64,000 nucleotides of DNA from Gemmatimonadales bacterium (GCA_035637455.1 DASPXE010000098.1:16783-80782), one strand, 5' to 3'. Positions 42,587-52,248 are shown, numbered from the stretch's first letter. Notes: generated by a model from the sequence alone, not told the origin. Made by a program: numbers and translations.

Positions 42587-42614
42587 CCTGACCGGCGCCA
42601 GCGACCAGCAGGTC

Positions 42615-43172
42615 GTGGTGTGGGCGAAGCAGGGTCGCGAAGCGGCGTTCCGCGAACTGGTGCGCCGCTACGAGCGGCCGCTGTTTTCGCTGCTCTACCG
42701 CATGGTACACGACCGGGCGCTCGCCGAAGACCTGGCTCAGGAAACCTTCATCAAGGTCCTGAACGGCATCGGCTCGTACAACCCGCAATTCAAGTTCTCG
42801 TCGTGGATCTTCAAGATCGCGAACAACGCGGCGATCGATCACCTGCGCAAGCGCGACCTCGATACCCTGTCGCTCGACGGCTCGCCGCACGCCACGACGC
42901 CGGAGGAAACGCGCGCCACGGCGCTGCAGCTGGGCGATCGCGGCGAATCACCGCTGGCCGAGCTCGAGGCGCGCGAGCTGGGGGGCGCGATCGAGCGCGC
43001 GATCGCGCGGCTCCGCCCCGAGTACCGGGCCTGCATCCTGCTGCGTCACGTGGAGGGGTTCAGCTACGAAGAGATCGCCGCGACGCTGGACTTGCCGCTG
43101 GGCACCGTGAAGACGTATATCCACCGGGCCCGCAACGAATTGCGGAGCTATCTCGTGGACCGCCGCGAGTGA
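42615..43172 (+). CDS. ECF (group IV) RNA polymerase sigma factor
   Basis: 185 aa. Region 2 LAEDLAQETFIKV...FSSWIFKIANNAAIDHLRKR. Region 4 SYEEIAATLDLPLGTVKTYIHRARNELR. Confidence 0.9.
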   Translation: MVWAKQGREAAFRELVRRYERPLFSLLYRMVHDRALAEDLAQETFIKVLNGIGSYNPQFKFSSWIFKIANNAAIDHLRKRDLDTLSLDGSPHATTPEETRATALQLGDRGESPLAELEARELGGAIERAIARLRPEYRACILLRHVEGFSYEEIAATLDLPLGTVKTYIHRARNELRSYLVDRRE

Positions 43173-43189
43173 GACCACGAGCCCCAGTC

Positions 43190-46015
43190 ATGCGCATCCG
43201 TCGTGCCGGCATCACGGCGCTGTTCGTCGCCGTGAGCCCGGAATTCCTGAGTTCGCAAGGAGCGCCCGACACCTCGGGCGCCCCGCCACGCGACACTGCC
43301 CGCGCGGTCCCGCTCACCTCCGAAACGGTCATCACCGGTGATCTGCTGCGGGCATTGCCGATCGACGATCCGCGCCAGGCGCTGATGCTCGTCCCGGGCG
43401 TCGTGCTGCGCAGCGGCGACATCGGCGTCGCTATCGCGCCCCAGCTCGCGATCCGCGGCTCCCGTCTCGGCGCGGCGAGCGTGTACGTGGACGGCGCACC
43501 GGTGCGGTTCCAAACGTTCGCGACGCAAGCGATGGCGCTCGCCACGCTGGGGATCGATCGCATCTCGGTCACGACTGGCGTCCCGGCAGCGTGGGTCGCG
43601 GACGCGGGCGGCGGCATCATCAGCTACTTCACGCCCCCGGGCGGCCGAGGATTCGCGGGGACGTGGCGCGCCGAGACGGACGAGCCGTTCGGCGACGGGA
43701 GCACCGTTGGGTACAATCGGTTCGAGGGTACGCTGAGCGGTCCGGTGCCTGGCATGGAGCGGGCCACCTGGCTGCTCGCAGGCGCCACGTATGGCCAGCG
43801 GTCGCAGTACTACGGTCGTGGCGCAGCGGACCAGCCGGCGTACGTCCTCGGCGGGCTCGACACGCTCGTCCAGTGGACCGATGCGAGCGGCTCCTACAGC
43901 GTGCCGCTGCCGCGGTTCATCCAGTCGAGTGGGTCGTGCACGGCGGGAGACAACTACGGGTTCGGATGCCAGGGGTTGCGGCGGCCGATGGACTGGTCCA
44001 CCGTGCGCCGCGGCCTCACGAAGCTTGCTTACAGCTACGGCTCCGGATCGAGTCTCACCTTCACGGGCCTCCTGCTGGATGTACACCAGCGCGCATTCCC
44101 CGGCGCGGACATCGCCGACCCGGCCTTGTACCGCGGCGGCAGCGGGACGTCCCGGCTCGGCGTGCTGAACTGGGGCCAGGGGCTCGGAGCCTTCCGAGGC
44201 GGGCCGCTCACGCTCAGCGTCAACCTCTCGCTCGCGAGCGATCAGTTGATCGATGGCCCGCTCACCCCGGCGTCGGAGCTGGCGACGCGCGACCCTGCGC
44301 TCGGTGTGGAGTGGAAGACCCTCGAGTTTACCGGAGCGGACAGCGTGGCGTTTCCCGTCAGCGATGACCTGCTCCGGCGGGTCCGCACGAACACCGGCAC
44401 ACGGGTGCCGTTTCAGGACCGGGTCGATCTGCGGAACGCACAACAGGGTCGTCTCAACCCTTACGGGTTGCAGAGCGGGTGGCCCACGAGCGGCCTGCAA
44501 ACCTCGATTGCGCGTGCGTGGGAGCACCGACTCGACGGCCGGGCCCAGCTCGAGTGGCTGCCGGGCACGCGCCATCACGTGACGCTCGGCGGCGACGCCG
44601 AGCGCACCGACGCGTCGTTGTACCAGTCGTCCTTGCTCAATCAGATCGGCTTCGATGCCTTTCGCGCGAAGCCCTCGCGCTTCGGGGTGTTCGCGAGCGA
44701 TCGCGTCGCGCTCGGCCCGGTGGTGCTCGACCTCGGTGCGCGCTACGATCATTTCACTCCGGGAGGCGACTTCCAGAGGACCCCCGGCTTCACTTTCAGC
44801 GACCCGAACTGGAGTCCCGCCGCCGCGACCGACGACACGGCGTACACGAACTCGGTGGCGCGCGTGTTCGCTCGTGGAAGGGGGAAGAGTCTCGTCTCGT
44901 CGCGCATCCGGACGGCGTACGCCTTCTCGCCAAACACCAGCGCTCGGGCGGCTTACGGTCAACAGGTCGAGCTCCCCGCGTTCATCGACCTGTTGACCAA
45001 CACCAACAGTGACCTGTCCTTTACGAACACCACCGACGCATTCGGCCGGGATGTCGACTATGCGAAGTCGGAGCTGATGGAGCTTGGCGCGCGACACGCC
45101 TTCGGCCCGCACCTCTCGGTCGACCTCTCGGTGTACCGGAAGAACAACCTCGCGCCATACACGTTCCGGTTCTTGCCATTCGCGAGTCCGCGGCAGGCGT
45201 CGGAGACACTCTTCATCAATGTGCTGACGAAGGTGGATGGCGGGCACGGAACCGGGACGGATGCGCGACTCGATTGGCATGCAGGAACAGGACTCAGCGC
45301 TTCAGTCTCCTATTCGTTCCTGACGACCAATACACGCGGCGACACTCACGCCCTCTATGCGCTGGCGAACGTCGCCGTGCCGAATGCGTGGAGGGCAGGC
45401 ACAAGGCTAGGGTCACTGGCCCGAGGTCTCGCCGCGGTTGTCACCATCCGAGTTGCCACTGGCCTTCCGTACACTCGGCTCGTCGACAATGGCGACGGCC
45501 AGGTCGCACCGCAGTTCGGGCCAGGACTCGGAGGCCGGGCCGCCGAGCAGCTCAACGCGTCTCGCCTGCCGACCACGAAGACGCTCGATCTGCGACTCAC
45601 GAAGGGCGTTCGGATCGGCTGCCGCGCCCTGCGGGCGTACGCCGACTTCCGGAACCTCCTGAACTTTACCAACGTCGTCGCGCTGTACGCCGAGACCGGT
45701 GATGTCGTGAACGATTTGCGCAAGCAGAAGCTGCTGAGTCCGGAGCTCGCATACCTACAGGCCGAAGCGAGCCTAGCGGGCGCGCTCAATCCCGACGGAT
45801 CGATCAACCTGAGCGGAGATTGCAACGCGTGGGGGATGCCGCCCAACTGCGTCGCGCTGCGGCGGGTCGAGGCCCGGTTCGGCAACGGTGACCTGCTGTA
45901 CACGCCCCTTGAGCAAACCAGAGCATTCGACACTTACTACAACTCCTTCTTCGGCCCCTGGCGCTTCCACGGGCCGGCCCGTACGGTCCGCGTTGGTGTG
46001 GAGGTGGGGTTCTGA
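43190..46015 (+). CDS. TonB-dependent-receptor-like outer-membrane protein (plug plus large beta-barrel)
   Basis: 941 aa from the ATG at 43190. Signal peptide. Plug-like ALMLVPGVVL...LAIRGSRLGAASVYVDGAPV. C-terminal ...VRVGVEVGF with terminal Phe. The 3' third has low G+C (53-57% in three hand-counted blocks, 45001-45340). Confidence 0.7.
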   Translation: MRIRRAGITALFVAVSPEFLSSQGAPDTSGAPPRDTARAVPLTSETVITGDLLRALPIDDPRQALMLVPGVVLRSGDIGVAIAPQLAIRGSRLGAASVYVDGAPVRFQTFATQAMALATLGIDRISVTTGVPAAWVADAGGGIISYFTPPGGRGFAGTWRAETDEPFGDGSTVGYNRFEGTLSGPVPGMERATWLLAGATYGQRSQYYGRGAADQPAYVLGGLDTLVQWTDASGSYSVPLPRFIQSSGSCTAGDNYGFGCQGLRRPMDWSTVRRGLTKLAYSYGSGSSLTFTGLLLDVHQRAFPGADIADPALYRGGSGTSRLGVLNWGQGLGAFRGGPLTLSVNLSLASDQLIDGPLTPASELATRDPALGVEWKTLEFTGADSVAFPVSDDLLRRVRTNTGTRVPFQDRVDLRNAQQGRLNPYGLQSGWPTSGLQTSIARAWEHRLDGRAQLEWLPGTRHHVTLGGDAERTDASLYQSSLLNQIGFDAFRAKPSRFGVFASDRVALGPVVLDLGARYDHFTPGGDFQRTPGFTFSDPNWSPAAATDDTAYTNSVARVFARGRGKSLVSSRIRTAYAFSPNTSARAAYGQQVELPAFIDLLTNTNSDLSFTNTTDAFGRDVDYAKSELMELGARHAFGPHLSVDLSVYRKNNLAPYTFRFLPFASPRQASETLFINVLTKVDGGHGTGTDARLDWHAGTGLSASVSYSFLTTNTRGDTHALYALANVAVPNAWRAGTRLGSLARGLAAVVTIRVATGLPYTRLVDNGDGQVAPQFGPGLGGRAAEQLNASRLPTTKTLDLRLTKGVRIGCRALRAYADFRNLLNFTNVVALYAETGDVVNDLRKQKLLSPELAYLQAEASLAGALNPDGSINLSGDCNAWGMPPNCVALRRVEARFGNGDLLYTPLEQTRAFDTYYNSFFGPWRFHGPARTVRVGVEVGF

Positions 46016-46021
46016 AGCCTG

Positions 46022-46120
46022 GTCAAGGCGTATATCCACCGGGCCCGCAACGAATTGCGGGGTTACCTCACGGCGGGAGTGAAACCGCGACTACGCGAGC
46101 TCCGTAGGACGGCACAATGA
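46022..46120 (+). pseudogene. orphan 3' fragment of an ECF sigma gene (duplicate of the 42615-43172 C-terminus)
   Basis: Encodes VKAYIHRARNELRGYLTAGVKPRLRELRRTAQ*, compared with VKTYIHRARNELRSYLVDRRE* at the intact gene. Identical 32-nt core cgtatatccaccgggcccgcaacgaattgcgg at 46029-46060 and 43114-43145. Its TGA overlaps the anti-sigma ATG (ATGA). Confidence 0.75.
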
Positions 46121-46371
46121 GCGACCTCTTGGTGCAGCACCTCACCCCCGATGAGACCGAGCTATGGGCTCAGGGGCTGCTTCCCGCCGCGCGGGAGCTG
46201 CACCTCGCCCAGTGCCCGGAGTGCTGTGTCGTCGGTGACCGCGAGCGGAAGCTGTTCCGCGCGCTGGCGCAGCTGCCCCGGTTCGCGCCGGAGTTCGGCT
46301 TCGTCGAGCGGGTGATGGCGAAAGTGAAGATCCCGAAGACGGTCGAGGACCGTCCAAGACGGTCGCGGTGA
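46117..46371 (+). CDS. putative zinc-binding (zf-HC2/ZAS) anti-sigma factor, short form
   Basis: 84 aa. H-x3-C-x2-C motif in HLAQCPEC. No TM segment follows. Confidence 0.55.
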   Translation: MSDLLVQHLTPDETELWAQGLLPAARELHLAQCPECCVVGDRERKLFRALAQLPRFAPEFGFVERVMAKVKIPKTVEDRPRRSR

Positions 46372-46412
46372 GCCCCCCCGACCCTGTTGGATCGTTCCCG
46401 ACCGCCCTCCCC

Positions 46413-47156
46413 TCACGCCCTCACCTCCGCCCCCACACCGACTCCTAGCATCCGCGCCGCACTGCCGTCCCGCACCGCGATCTCCACCGTGCCCCCGCTC
46501 CCCACCAGCGCGACGAGCTGGCCGCGCGCGACGTCGCCGAACGTGCGCACCAGCGTGCCGACGTCCGTCCCCGCGACTTTGACGCGGACGCCCGGCTCCA
46601 CCTGGTAGCCGGGAATGTTGGAGACCAGCGTCCCGAACCGATCCACGTACAGCACTTCGCCGACGACCGCCGCACCGTCGTGACGGGCCGCCGGCAGCGG
46701 GGAGCGGTACGGATCGGTGATCGCATGACCCAGCTGCGTGAGGGACGCACCGATGGCGAGCTGAGCCGCCGCGGGGGCGAACACGTCCCGGGCGTGGAAC
46801 GTGGGCGCGGCACTGGGCGGAATCGGCAGCGACACGAAGTGGGCATCGGCGGGAAGGCACGACAGGAGACCGTTGTCGGGGGCGACGAAGAAATGCCCTC
46901 CGGCGCCGGCGGCCAGGGCACGCCGCGCCGTCCCCACACCGGGATCGACCACAGCGAGGTGCACCGTGCCCTGCGGGAACCGGTGCCACACACGCCCCAG
47001 GATGTACTGGCCCGCCCGGAGGTCGCCGGGCGGCACCTGATGGGTGATGTCCAACAGCGCCGCGCCGTGGACGTGCGACAGCAGCACGCCCTTCACCTCG
47101 CCGACATAGCTGTCGGCGGTGCCGAAGTCGGTGAGCAGGGTGATGATGGGAGGCAT
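46413..47156 (-). CDS. SAM hydroxide adenosyltransferase family protein (DUF62; chlorinase/fluorinase-like fold)
   Basis: 247 aa. ITLLTDFGT.DSYVGEVKGV, VVDPGVGT.RR, FVAPDNGLLS. Confidence 0.8.
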   Translation of the reverse strand: MPPIITLLTDFGTADSYVGEVKGVLLSHVHGAALLDITHQVPPGDLRAGQYILGRVWHRFPQGTVHLAVVDPGVGTARRALAAGAGGHFFVAPDNGLLSCLPADAHFVSLPIPPSAAPTFHARDVFAPAAAQLAIGASLTQLGHAITDPYRSPLPAARHDGAAVVGEVLYVDRFGTLVSNIPGYQVEPGVRVKVAGTDVGTLVRTFGDVARGQLVALVGSGGTVEIAVRDGSAARMLGVGVGAEVRA

Positions 47157-47185
47157 CGGCCGTCAGCCAGTAGCCGTCGGCGCCA

Positions 47186-48526
47186 TCATACAACGGCCCG
47201 CCGCCAGGCGCCCGAGGTCCAGAACAACGCCATGGCGATGCCGCGCGCAATCGCGGTCACCGAGAGCGCCAACCAGATGCCGAGCAGCCCGATCGTGGCC
47301 GACCACCACGCCGCGAGCGGCAGCCGCAGGAGCGTGAGCGCGGTGCTCACGGTCTGCGGCCAGAAGGTGTATCCGGCACCCGCGAGCGCGCCCTCGAGGA
47401 TGATCTCGAACGTCTGCCCGACCTGCGCGAACGCGATCACCCGCAGGTAGAGACTGCCGTCTCCGATCACCGCCGGGTCCGTCGTGAACAGTGCCACGAG
47501 CGTTCGCGGGATGGCGAGAAACGCGACGGCGGTCGCGGTCGTAACGATGAGGCAGTAGCCGACGGTCATCCGGACCGCCTGACGGGCGCGCTGCTCCTGG
47601 CGGGCGCCCAAGTTCTGGCCCACGAGCGCGCTCGCCGAGAGGGCGAACCCCGAGATGGCCATGAAGCCGAGCCCCTCGACCTTGTGCCCCACGCCGAGGG
47701 CAGCGAGCGCGGGGGTGCCGAACTGCGAGGTGAACCGCGTCAGCCACATGTAAATCAAGCTCAAGAGCACGCCCGCGAGGGAGAGCGGCGCCCCGACGCG
47801 AAAGATCGTGGGCACGGCGCGCCAGTCGGGGGCGTCGAGCCGGATCAAGCCGCGTTTGAGCGCGATCACCACCCCGATGAGGAATCCACCGCCGCGCACC
47901 ATCACCGATGCCGTCGCCGCGCCCTCGACACCGAGCCGGGGGAACGGGCCGAGCCCCGCGATGAGCAGCGGGTCGAGCCCGACCGACAGGAGGACCGACG
48001 CCGTCAGGATCAGGAACGGCGTGCGCGTGTCGCCCGAAGCGCGGAACGTCGCTTCGACGGCGAAGAAGCCGAACACGAGCGGCCCGCCCAGCAGCCAGGT
48101 GTCCAGGTAGGCGTGCCCGAGCCGCGCCACTTCGGGCGGCACGCGCATCAGGCGAAACAGGTCGGCGGTGAGGGCGAAGCCGAGCAGGCTCACGGCCGTG
48201 CCGGCAGCGAGCGCATAGAGCACGGCGGCGCCGGCGGCCCGGGCCGCCGCGTTCGGCAGCCCCTCGCCGTGGCGCCGCGCCGCGACCGCGATCAGCCCCA
48301 CCTCGACCATCTCGCCCAGTGACAGCAGCACCCACACGTAGAAGCCGGCCGTCGACACCGCGGCGAGCGCCGCGGGGCCGATGAGCCGGCCCACCCAAAT
48401 CGAGTCGATAAGGTTGAAGGAGAAGTGGCACGCCATCATCGCCACGGCGGGCGCGGCGAGCCGCAGGATCACCGGCCGCAGCGGCCCCACGGTGAGCGAG
48501 CCCGGCGTGCGCGCGACGGTCGTCAC
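47186..48526 (-). CDS. MATE-family efflux transporter
   Basis: 446 aa, about 12 TM segments. ILRLAAPAVAMM......NLIDSIWVGRLG-type N-terminus. Confidence 0.85.
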   Translation of the reverse strand: MTTVARTPGSLTVGPLRPVILRLAAPAVAMMACHFSFNLIDSIWVGRLIGPAALAAVSTAGFYVWVLLSLGEMVEVGLIAVAARRHGEGLPNAAARAAGAAVLYALAAGTAVSLLGFALTADLFRLMRVPPEVARLGHAYLDTWLLGGPLVFGFFAVEATFRASGDTRTPFLILTASVLLSVGLDPLLIAGLGPFPRLGVEGAATASVMVRGGGFLIGVVIALKRGLIRLDAPDWRAVPTIFRVGAPLSLAGVLLSLIYMWLTRFTSQFGTPALAALGVGHKVEGLGFMAISGFALSASALVGQNLGARQEQRARQAVRMTVGYCLIVTTATAVAFLAIPRTLVALFTTDPAVIGDGSLYLRVIAFAQVGQTFEIILEGALAGAGYTFWPQTVSTALTLLRLPLAAWWSATIGLLGIWLALSVTAIARGIAMALFWTSGAWRRAVV

Positions 48527-48583
48527 GCTCGGAAAGCTACCGGAGCGCAGGCCGGGCGGGCAACGAGGCGCGACTACCGAGGA

Positions 48584-50665
48584 TCAGTTGCTGACCGTGA
48601 TTGTGATCCCCGCGGAGGTCGTGGTGTGGCCGGCGGCGTCGCGCGCCGTCGCCGTGAGCGTATACGTCCCGTTCGCCATGCCGTGCGAATCCCACGACAG
48701 CGTGAACTTGGTGATTGGCGAATCGGTCGTGACTTCCGGTCCGACGTTCTGGCCGTCCAACTGGAACTGGACGCCGGCCATGTCGCGGTCGTCCACCGCC
48801 GTGGCCGTGAGGCTCACGGTGCCGGTCAGCGTGGCGCCGTCGGACGGCGCGAACAGGGAGATGACCGGCGGCCCCACGTCCGGCAGCAGGTTCGGGTGAT
48901 TGGCCTTCCACTGCGCCACCGCATTGTTCCAGTACTGCAGGCCCGCGGCCCCCGTCATCACGGTGAAGCAACTCGGCAGGGTTTCAGGGAACGGCCCAGG
49001 ACCGAGCCAGATCATCACGTTGTTCGCGCAATCCGCCAGCTTGCCGGGCGGCGGCGCCAGGAACTCGTCGTGATCGCTCAGGTTCTGATCGACCCGGAAG
49101 ACGTCGTTGTGGAGCGACAGCATGGGAGACGTCGCGCTCCACTCGTAGAACCCGCCATGGCCCGGAAGGGGGCCGGTGAAGACGCCGTCCATCGGCTGCA
49201 ACCGAACCAGCGTGTTCTTGATCGTCATGACGTTATTGCTGCCGTCCTGGGCCGTCGTGTACGGCCGCGAGGCAAATCCGATGAAGCAGCCATCCAGCAG
49301 CGCATCGTCGATGGTGCCGGAGAACACGAAGTGATTCTCGACGCAGCCGTCACGCGCATAGTGGATGTACGAGGCGCGCAGCGTCCAGTTCGGAACGTTC
49401 TTGCCGAACGCGACCCCGTCGCCACGATCGAACGTGCGAACATTCTCGACGGTCACATTGGGGCCGTCAGGCACCATGGAATAGTGCGAGAGCGCGCTGC
49501 TCCACGAAGTCGCGGGGGGCAGGTTTCCGATCGTCTCGCCGCCATGGTAGCACGTATTCGAACCGCCACCGAAGCGGATCGAAATGTTGTCCGAGGTCAA
49601 GAACTGGGCGGTGGAGGCGTCGATCTGGGTGTTATCCGGCAGACTCGTGTTGGCGAAAGCCGACGTCTGCACCCCGCTCAGCGTGATGGTGGGACTCGTA
49701 AGACACGAGACCACAGTCGGAGCAGTGACGGTAATCACCGAGCTGCCGCTCTTGCCTTCCGAGGTCGCGGTGATCGTCGCTGACCCGGCCACGAGCCCCT
49801 TCACCAACCCGCTGCCATTCACGCTGGCCACCGCCACGGTGTTGCTCGCCCACGTCACGACCCGCCCGGACAGCGTATTCCCGCTCGCGTCTTTCGGTGT
49901 TGCCGCGAGCTGCACGGTTCCCCCGACGGCCACGCTCGCCGACGCCGGGGTCACCGTCACCGCCGCCACAGGGACGGTCACGGTGATGGCGGCGGACCCA
50001 GTCTTGCCCTCGCTGATGGCGGTAACCGTCGCCGTGCCTCCACTCACTCCAGTCACTAGGCCCGTGGCCGACACAGTGACCACGGTGGGGGTGCCAGAGG
50101 CCCACGTCACCACGCGCCCTGTGAGCACGTTCCCCGCCGCATCCTTCGTCGTCGCCGTCAACTGCACCGCACCACCGACGGCCACCGCTGCAGACGCCGG
50201 CGCCACGGTCACCGCGGCTACGGGCGCTGAGGGCACCACTATGGTGGCCCTGAAGACCCCGAAGGTCAGTGCCTGGCCGGTGACGTTGTCCACGGCCCGC
50301 GCCTCGACGCGCTGGCTGTCCGCCGGGTTGGTGCCAAGAGTCCACCGCTCCTGCGCGATCCCGGTCACACTCGTGAGGGCCGCGCCGGCAAACACGCTGC
50401 CACCACCGCTCGTGACACGGAAGTTCACGAGCTGCCCGCTCTGCGGCAGCCCGGTCGCATCCACTACCTTCACGACGAGTGGATTCGGGAGCTCCTTACC
50501 GGCCGGCCCAGATTGGAGATCGCCGCTCACGATCTGTACCGACAGGGGGGCGCGCGGCTGCAACGGCGCGGCTGCCTCCTTCTCGCAGGCGAACACCAGC
50601 AGGCCTGCGCTCAGCAGCAACAACGCGCTCGAGAGGGGCTGCCTCAGACTCTTGATGCTGCTCAT
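48584..50665 (-). CDS. surface lipoprotein with Ig-like domains (Big_1-like, 2x Big_2, C-terminal Ig-like) and an uncharacterised ~300-aa central domain
   Basis: 693 aa from the ATG at 50665. Lipobox LLVFAC. Two Big_2-type repeats VTV.PASA.VAVGG.VQL.AT.KDA.GN.L.GR.VTWAS. C-terminal Ig-like VSLTATAVDD..MAGVQFQLDG. The central Cys-containing domain is not recognised. Confidence 0.7.
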   Translation of the reverse strand: MSSIKSLRQPLSSALLLLSAGLLVFACEKEAAAPLQPRAPLSVQIVSGDLQSGPAGKELPNPLVVKVVDATGLPQSGQLVNFRVTSGGGSVFAGAALTSVTGIAQERWTLGTNPADSQRVEARAVDNVTGQALTFGVFRATIVVPSAPVAAVTVAPASAAVAVGGAVQLTATTKDAAGNVLTGRVVTWASGTPTVVTVSATGLVTGVSGGTATVTAISEGKTGSAAITVTVPVAAVTVTPASASVAVGGTVQLAATPKDASGNTLSGRVVTWASNTVAVASVNGSGLVKGLVAGSATITATSEGKSGSSVITVTAPTVVSCLTSPTITLSGVQTSAFANTSLPDNTQIDASTAQFLTSDNISIRFGGGSNTCYHGGETIGNLPPATSWSSALSHYSMVPDGPNVTVENVRTFDRGDGVAFGKNVPNWTLRASYIHYARDGCVENHFVFSGTIDDALLDGCFIGFASRPYTTAQDGSNNVMTIKNTLVRLQPMDGVFTGPLPGHGGFYEWSATSPMLSLHNDVFRVDQNLSDHDEFLAPPPGKLADCANNVMIWLGPGPFPETLPSCFTVMTGAAGLQYWNNAVAQWKANHPNLLPDVGPPVISLFAPSDGATLTGTVSLTATAVDDRDMAGVQFQLDGQNVGPEVTTDSPITKFTLSWDSHGMANGTYTLTATARDAAGHTTTSAGITITVSN

Positions 50666-50868
50666 GAACCCACCCTGGAATGGAGTGGAACCGGTAGGGA
50701 CCCGCACTAGCCAAAAAGGGGCTGCATATTGCGTGCTGTCGAGTTCGTACGTTAGGCGACGCAATACTCTCCGGCGGCGCCACTTAGCCGACGCCGCGCG
50801 TTCAGCTTGAAACGGAGCGGTGCGATTATGTAGTGCATCAGCAACGGAATGCGGTACCAGTCAGGCAG

Positions 50869-52248
50869 TTAGCGCACCCGAGCCTTGGCGCGTCGCCGCG
50901 CCTTGCTGTCATACAGCGAGCGGTCCGCCGCGCTCAGGAGCGCTTCCATAGAGTCGCCGTCCTGCGGGTACACCGCCACCCCGATGCTGACGGAAAGCGG
51001 GGGCTTCTCGCCATCCCGCGCCACCCGCTCGGCGACGCGCCGGGCGACGTGCCACGCCGCCGCGTCTCCCGTCTCGGGCAGCACCACGGCGAACTCGTCG
51101 CCGCCGAATCGGGCGGCGGTATCCATGGCCCGGCACGACCCGAACAGCGTCTCCGCCACGCGACACAGCGCCAGGCTGCCCACCAGGTGGCCGAAACTAT
51201 CGTTGATCCTCTTCAGGCCGTCCATGTCGAGGAGCACGACGGCGAACGACCGCTCCGTCCGTTGGAACCGCTTGATCTCCGCGTCGATCGCGTAGGTGAG
51301 CTGGCGATAGTTGGCGAGGCCGGTCAGCGGATCGCTCACCGCCAGCTGGCGCAACCGCTCCTCCACCTGGTTACGCTCCGCCACCAAGGCGGCGAGCGCC
51401 AAGGTCATCACCGACGTGACGCCCATGAACGCCTGCAACAGCAGCAGCGACTCGTTGTGCGCCGCCCGCACGAAGGGCCCGAATCCGTGCAGCGTCCCCC
51501 AGATGGCGATCCCGGACAACACCACGACAGCGCTCGCGGCCTCGCGCTGCGCGAAGCGGAACCCCGCCCAGATGAGCAACGGGAGGCACAGGAACTCCAA
51601 CGGATAGTTCTTGACCCGGGACGGAAACAGCCCGCCGAACACCGTGAGTCCTACGACGATCACCCACAGCAGCAGCGCTGCGGCCTCGATCAGCTTCGCC
51701 CGCTGCCAGCGGAGGTGCGGCGTCACGAACCACAGCATCAGCGCGGGCGCAACCACCAGGTCGCCCGCGGCGTCGCCGAGCCACCAGGTCCACCAGATCG
51801 GCCCGTAGTCGGCCCACCCCGCGTATCCCGCGAGCGAGATCGTGGTCACGCCTACGGTGGCGCTTACGGTCGTGCTGACCATGGCGGCGAGGGCCGTGAA
51901 GATGAAGACGTCCTGCGGGCGATCGAAGGCACGGCGACCGCGGGCGAAGCGGTTGACCAGATACGCGCCCACCACCCCTTCCAGGGTGTTCCCCAGCGCG
52001 ATGCCGATAGAGGTCGCCACCGAGCCCGCAGTGGTGAGGTTCACGAGAAAGGCGCTGGCGAGAATGGCGGGCCAGACGTCGTAACCGAGGAGGACGAAGG
52101 CGACGAGGGCGATGCCGGTGGGAGGCCAGACCGCGGTCGCGCTGGCATTCAGGAAGGCAAGCCGCAGCCCCAGCTTGCCGGCGATGAAGTACGCCGCGCC
52201 GAGCGCGAGCAAGAGCCCCAGACGTCTGAGCCAGCGCGACTGGATCAT
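50869..52248 (-). CDS. diguanylate cyclase, MASE1-GGDEF
   Basis: 459 aa. MASE1-type polytopic N-terminus. DPLTGLANYR...LLDMDGLKRINDSFGH..G...L...A......RFGGDEFAVVL. Confidence 0.88.
   Translation of the reverse strand: MIQSRWLRRLGLLLALGAAYFIAGKLGLRLAFLNASATAVWPPTGIALVAFVLLGYDVWPAILASAFLVNLTTAGSVATSIGIALGNTLEGVVGAYLVNRFARGRRAFDRPQDVFIFTALAAMVSTTVSATVGVTTISLAGYAGWADYGPIWWTWWLGDAAGDLVVAPALMLWFVTPHLRWQRAKLIEAAALLLWVIVVGLTVFGGLFPSRVKNYPLEFLCLPLLIWAGFRFAQREAASAVVVLSGIAIWGTLHGFGPFVRAAHNESLLLLQAFMGVTSVMTLALAALVAERNQVEERLRQLAVSDPLTGLANYRQLTYAIDAEIKRFQRTERSFAVVLLDMDGLKRINDSFGHLVGSLALCRVAETLFGSCRAMDTAARFGGDEFAVVLPETGDAAAWHVARRVAERVARDGEKPPLSVSIGVAVYPQDGDSMEALLSAADRSLYDSKARRRAKARVR

Noticed and set aside
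42620-43189. N-terminal 190-aa extension of the receptor-like ORF (track ORF 42620..46015).
   Set aside because: It overlaps the ECF sigma gene in another frame. A signal peptide follows the ATG at 43190.
50666-50868. Lower-GC 203-nt spacer. Considered a small RNA, riboswitch (for example c-di-GMP, given the adjacent GGDEF gene) or intrinsic terminator (attgcgt...acgcaat followed by cccctttttgg on the minus strand).
   Set aside because: I could not recognise conserved riboswitch cores. The hairpin has a 24-nt loop and only a 7-bp stem, so the terminator call is too weak to report as a feature.
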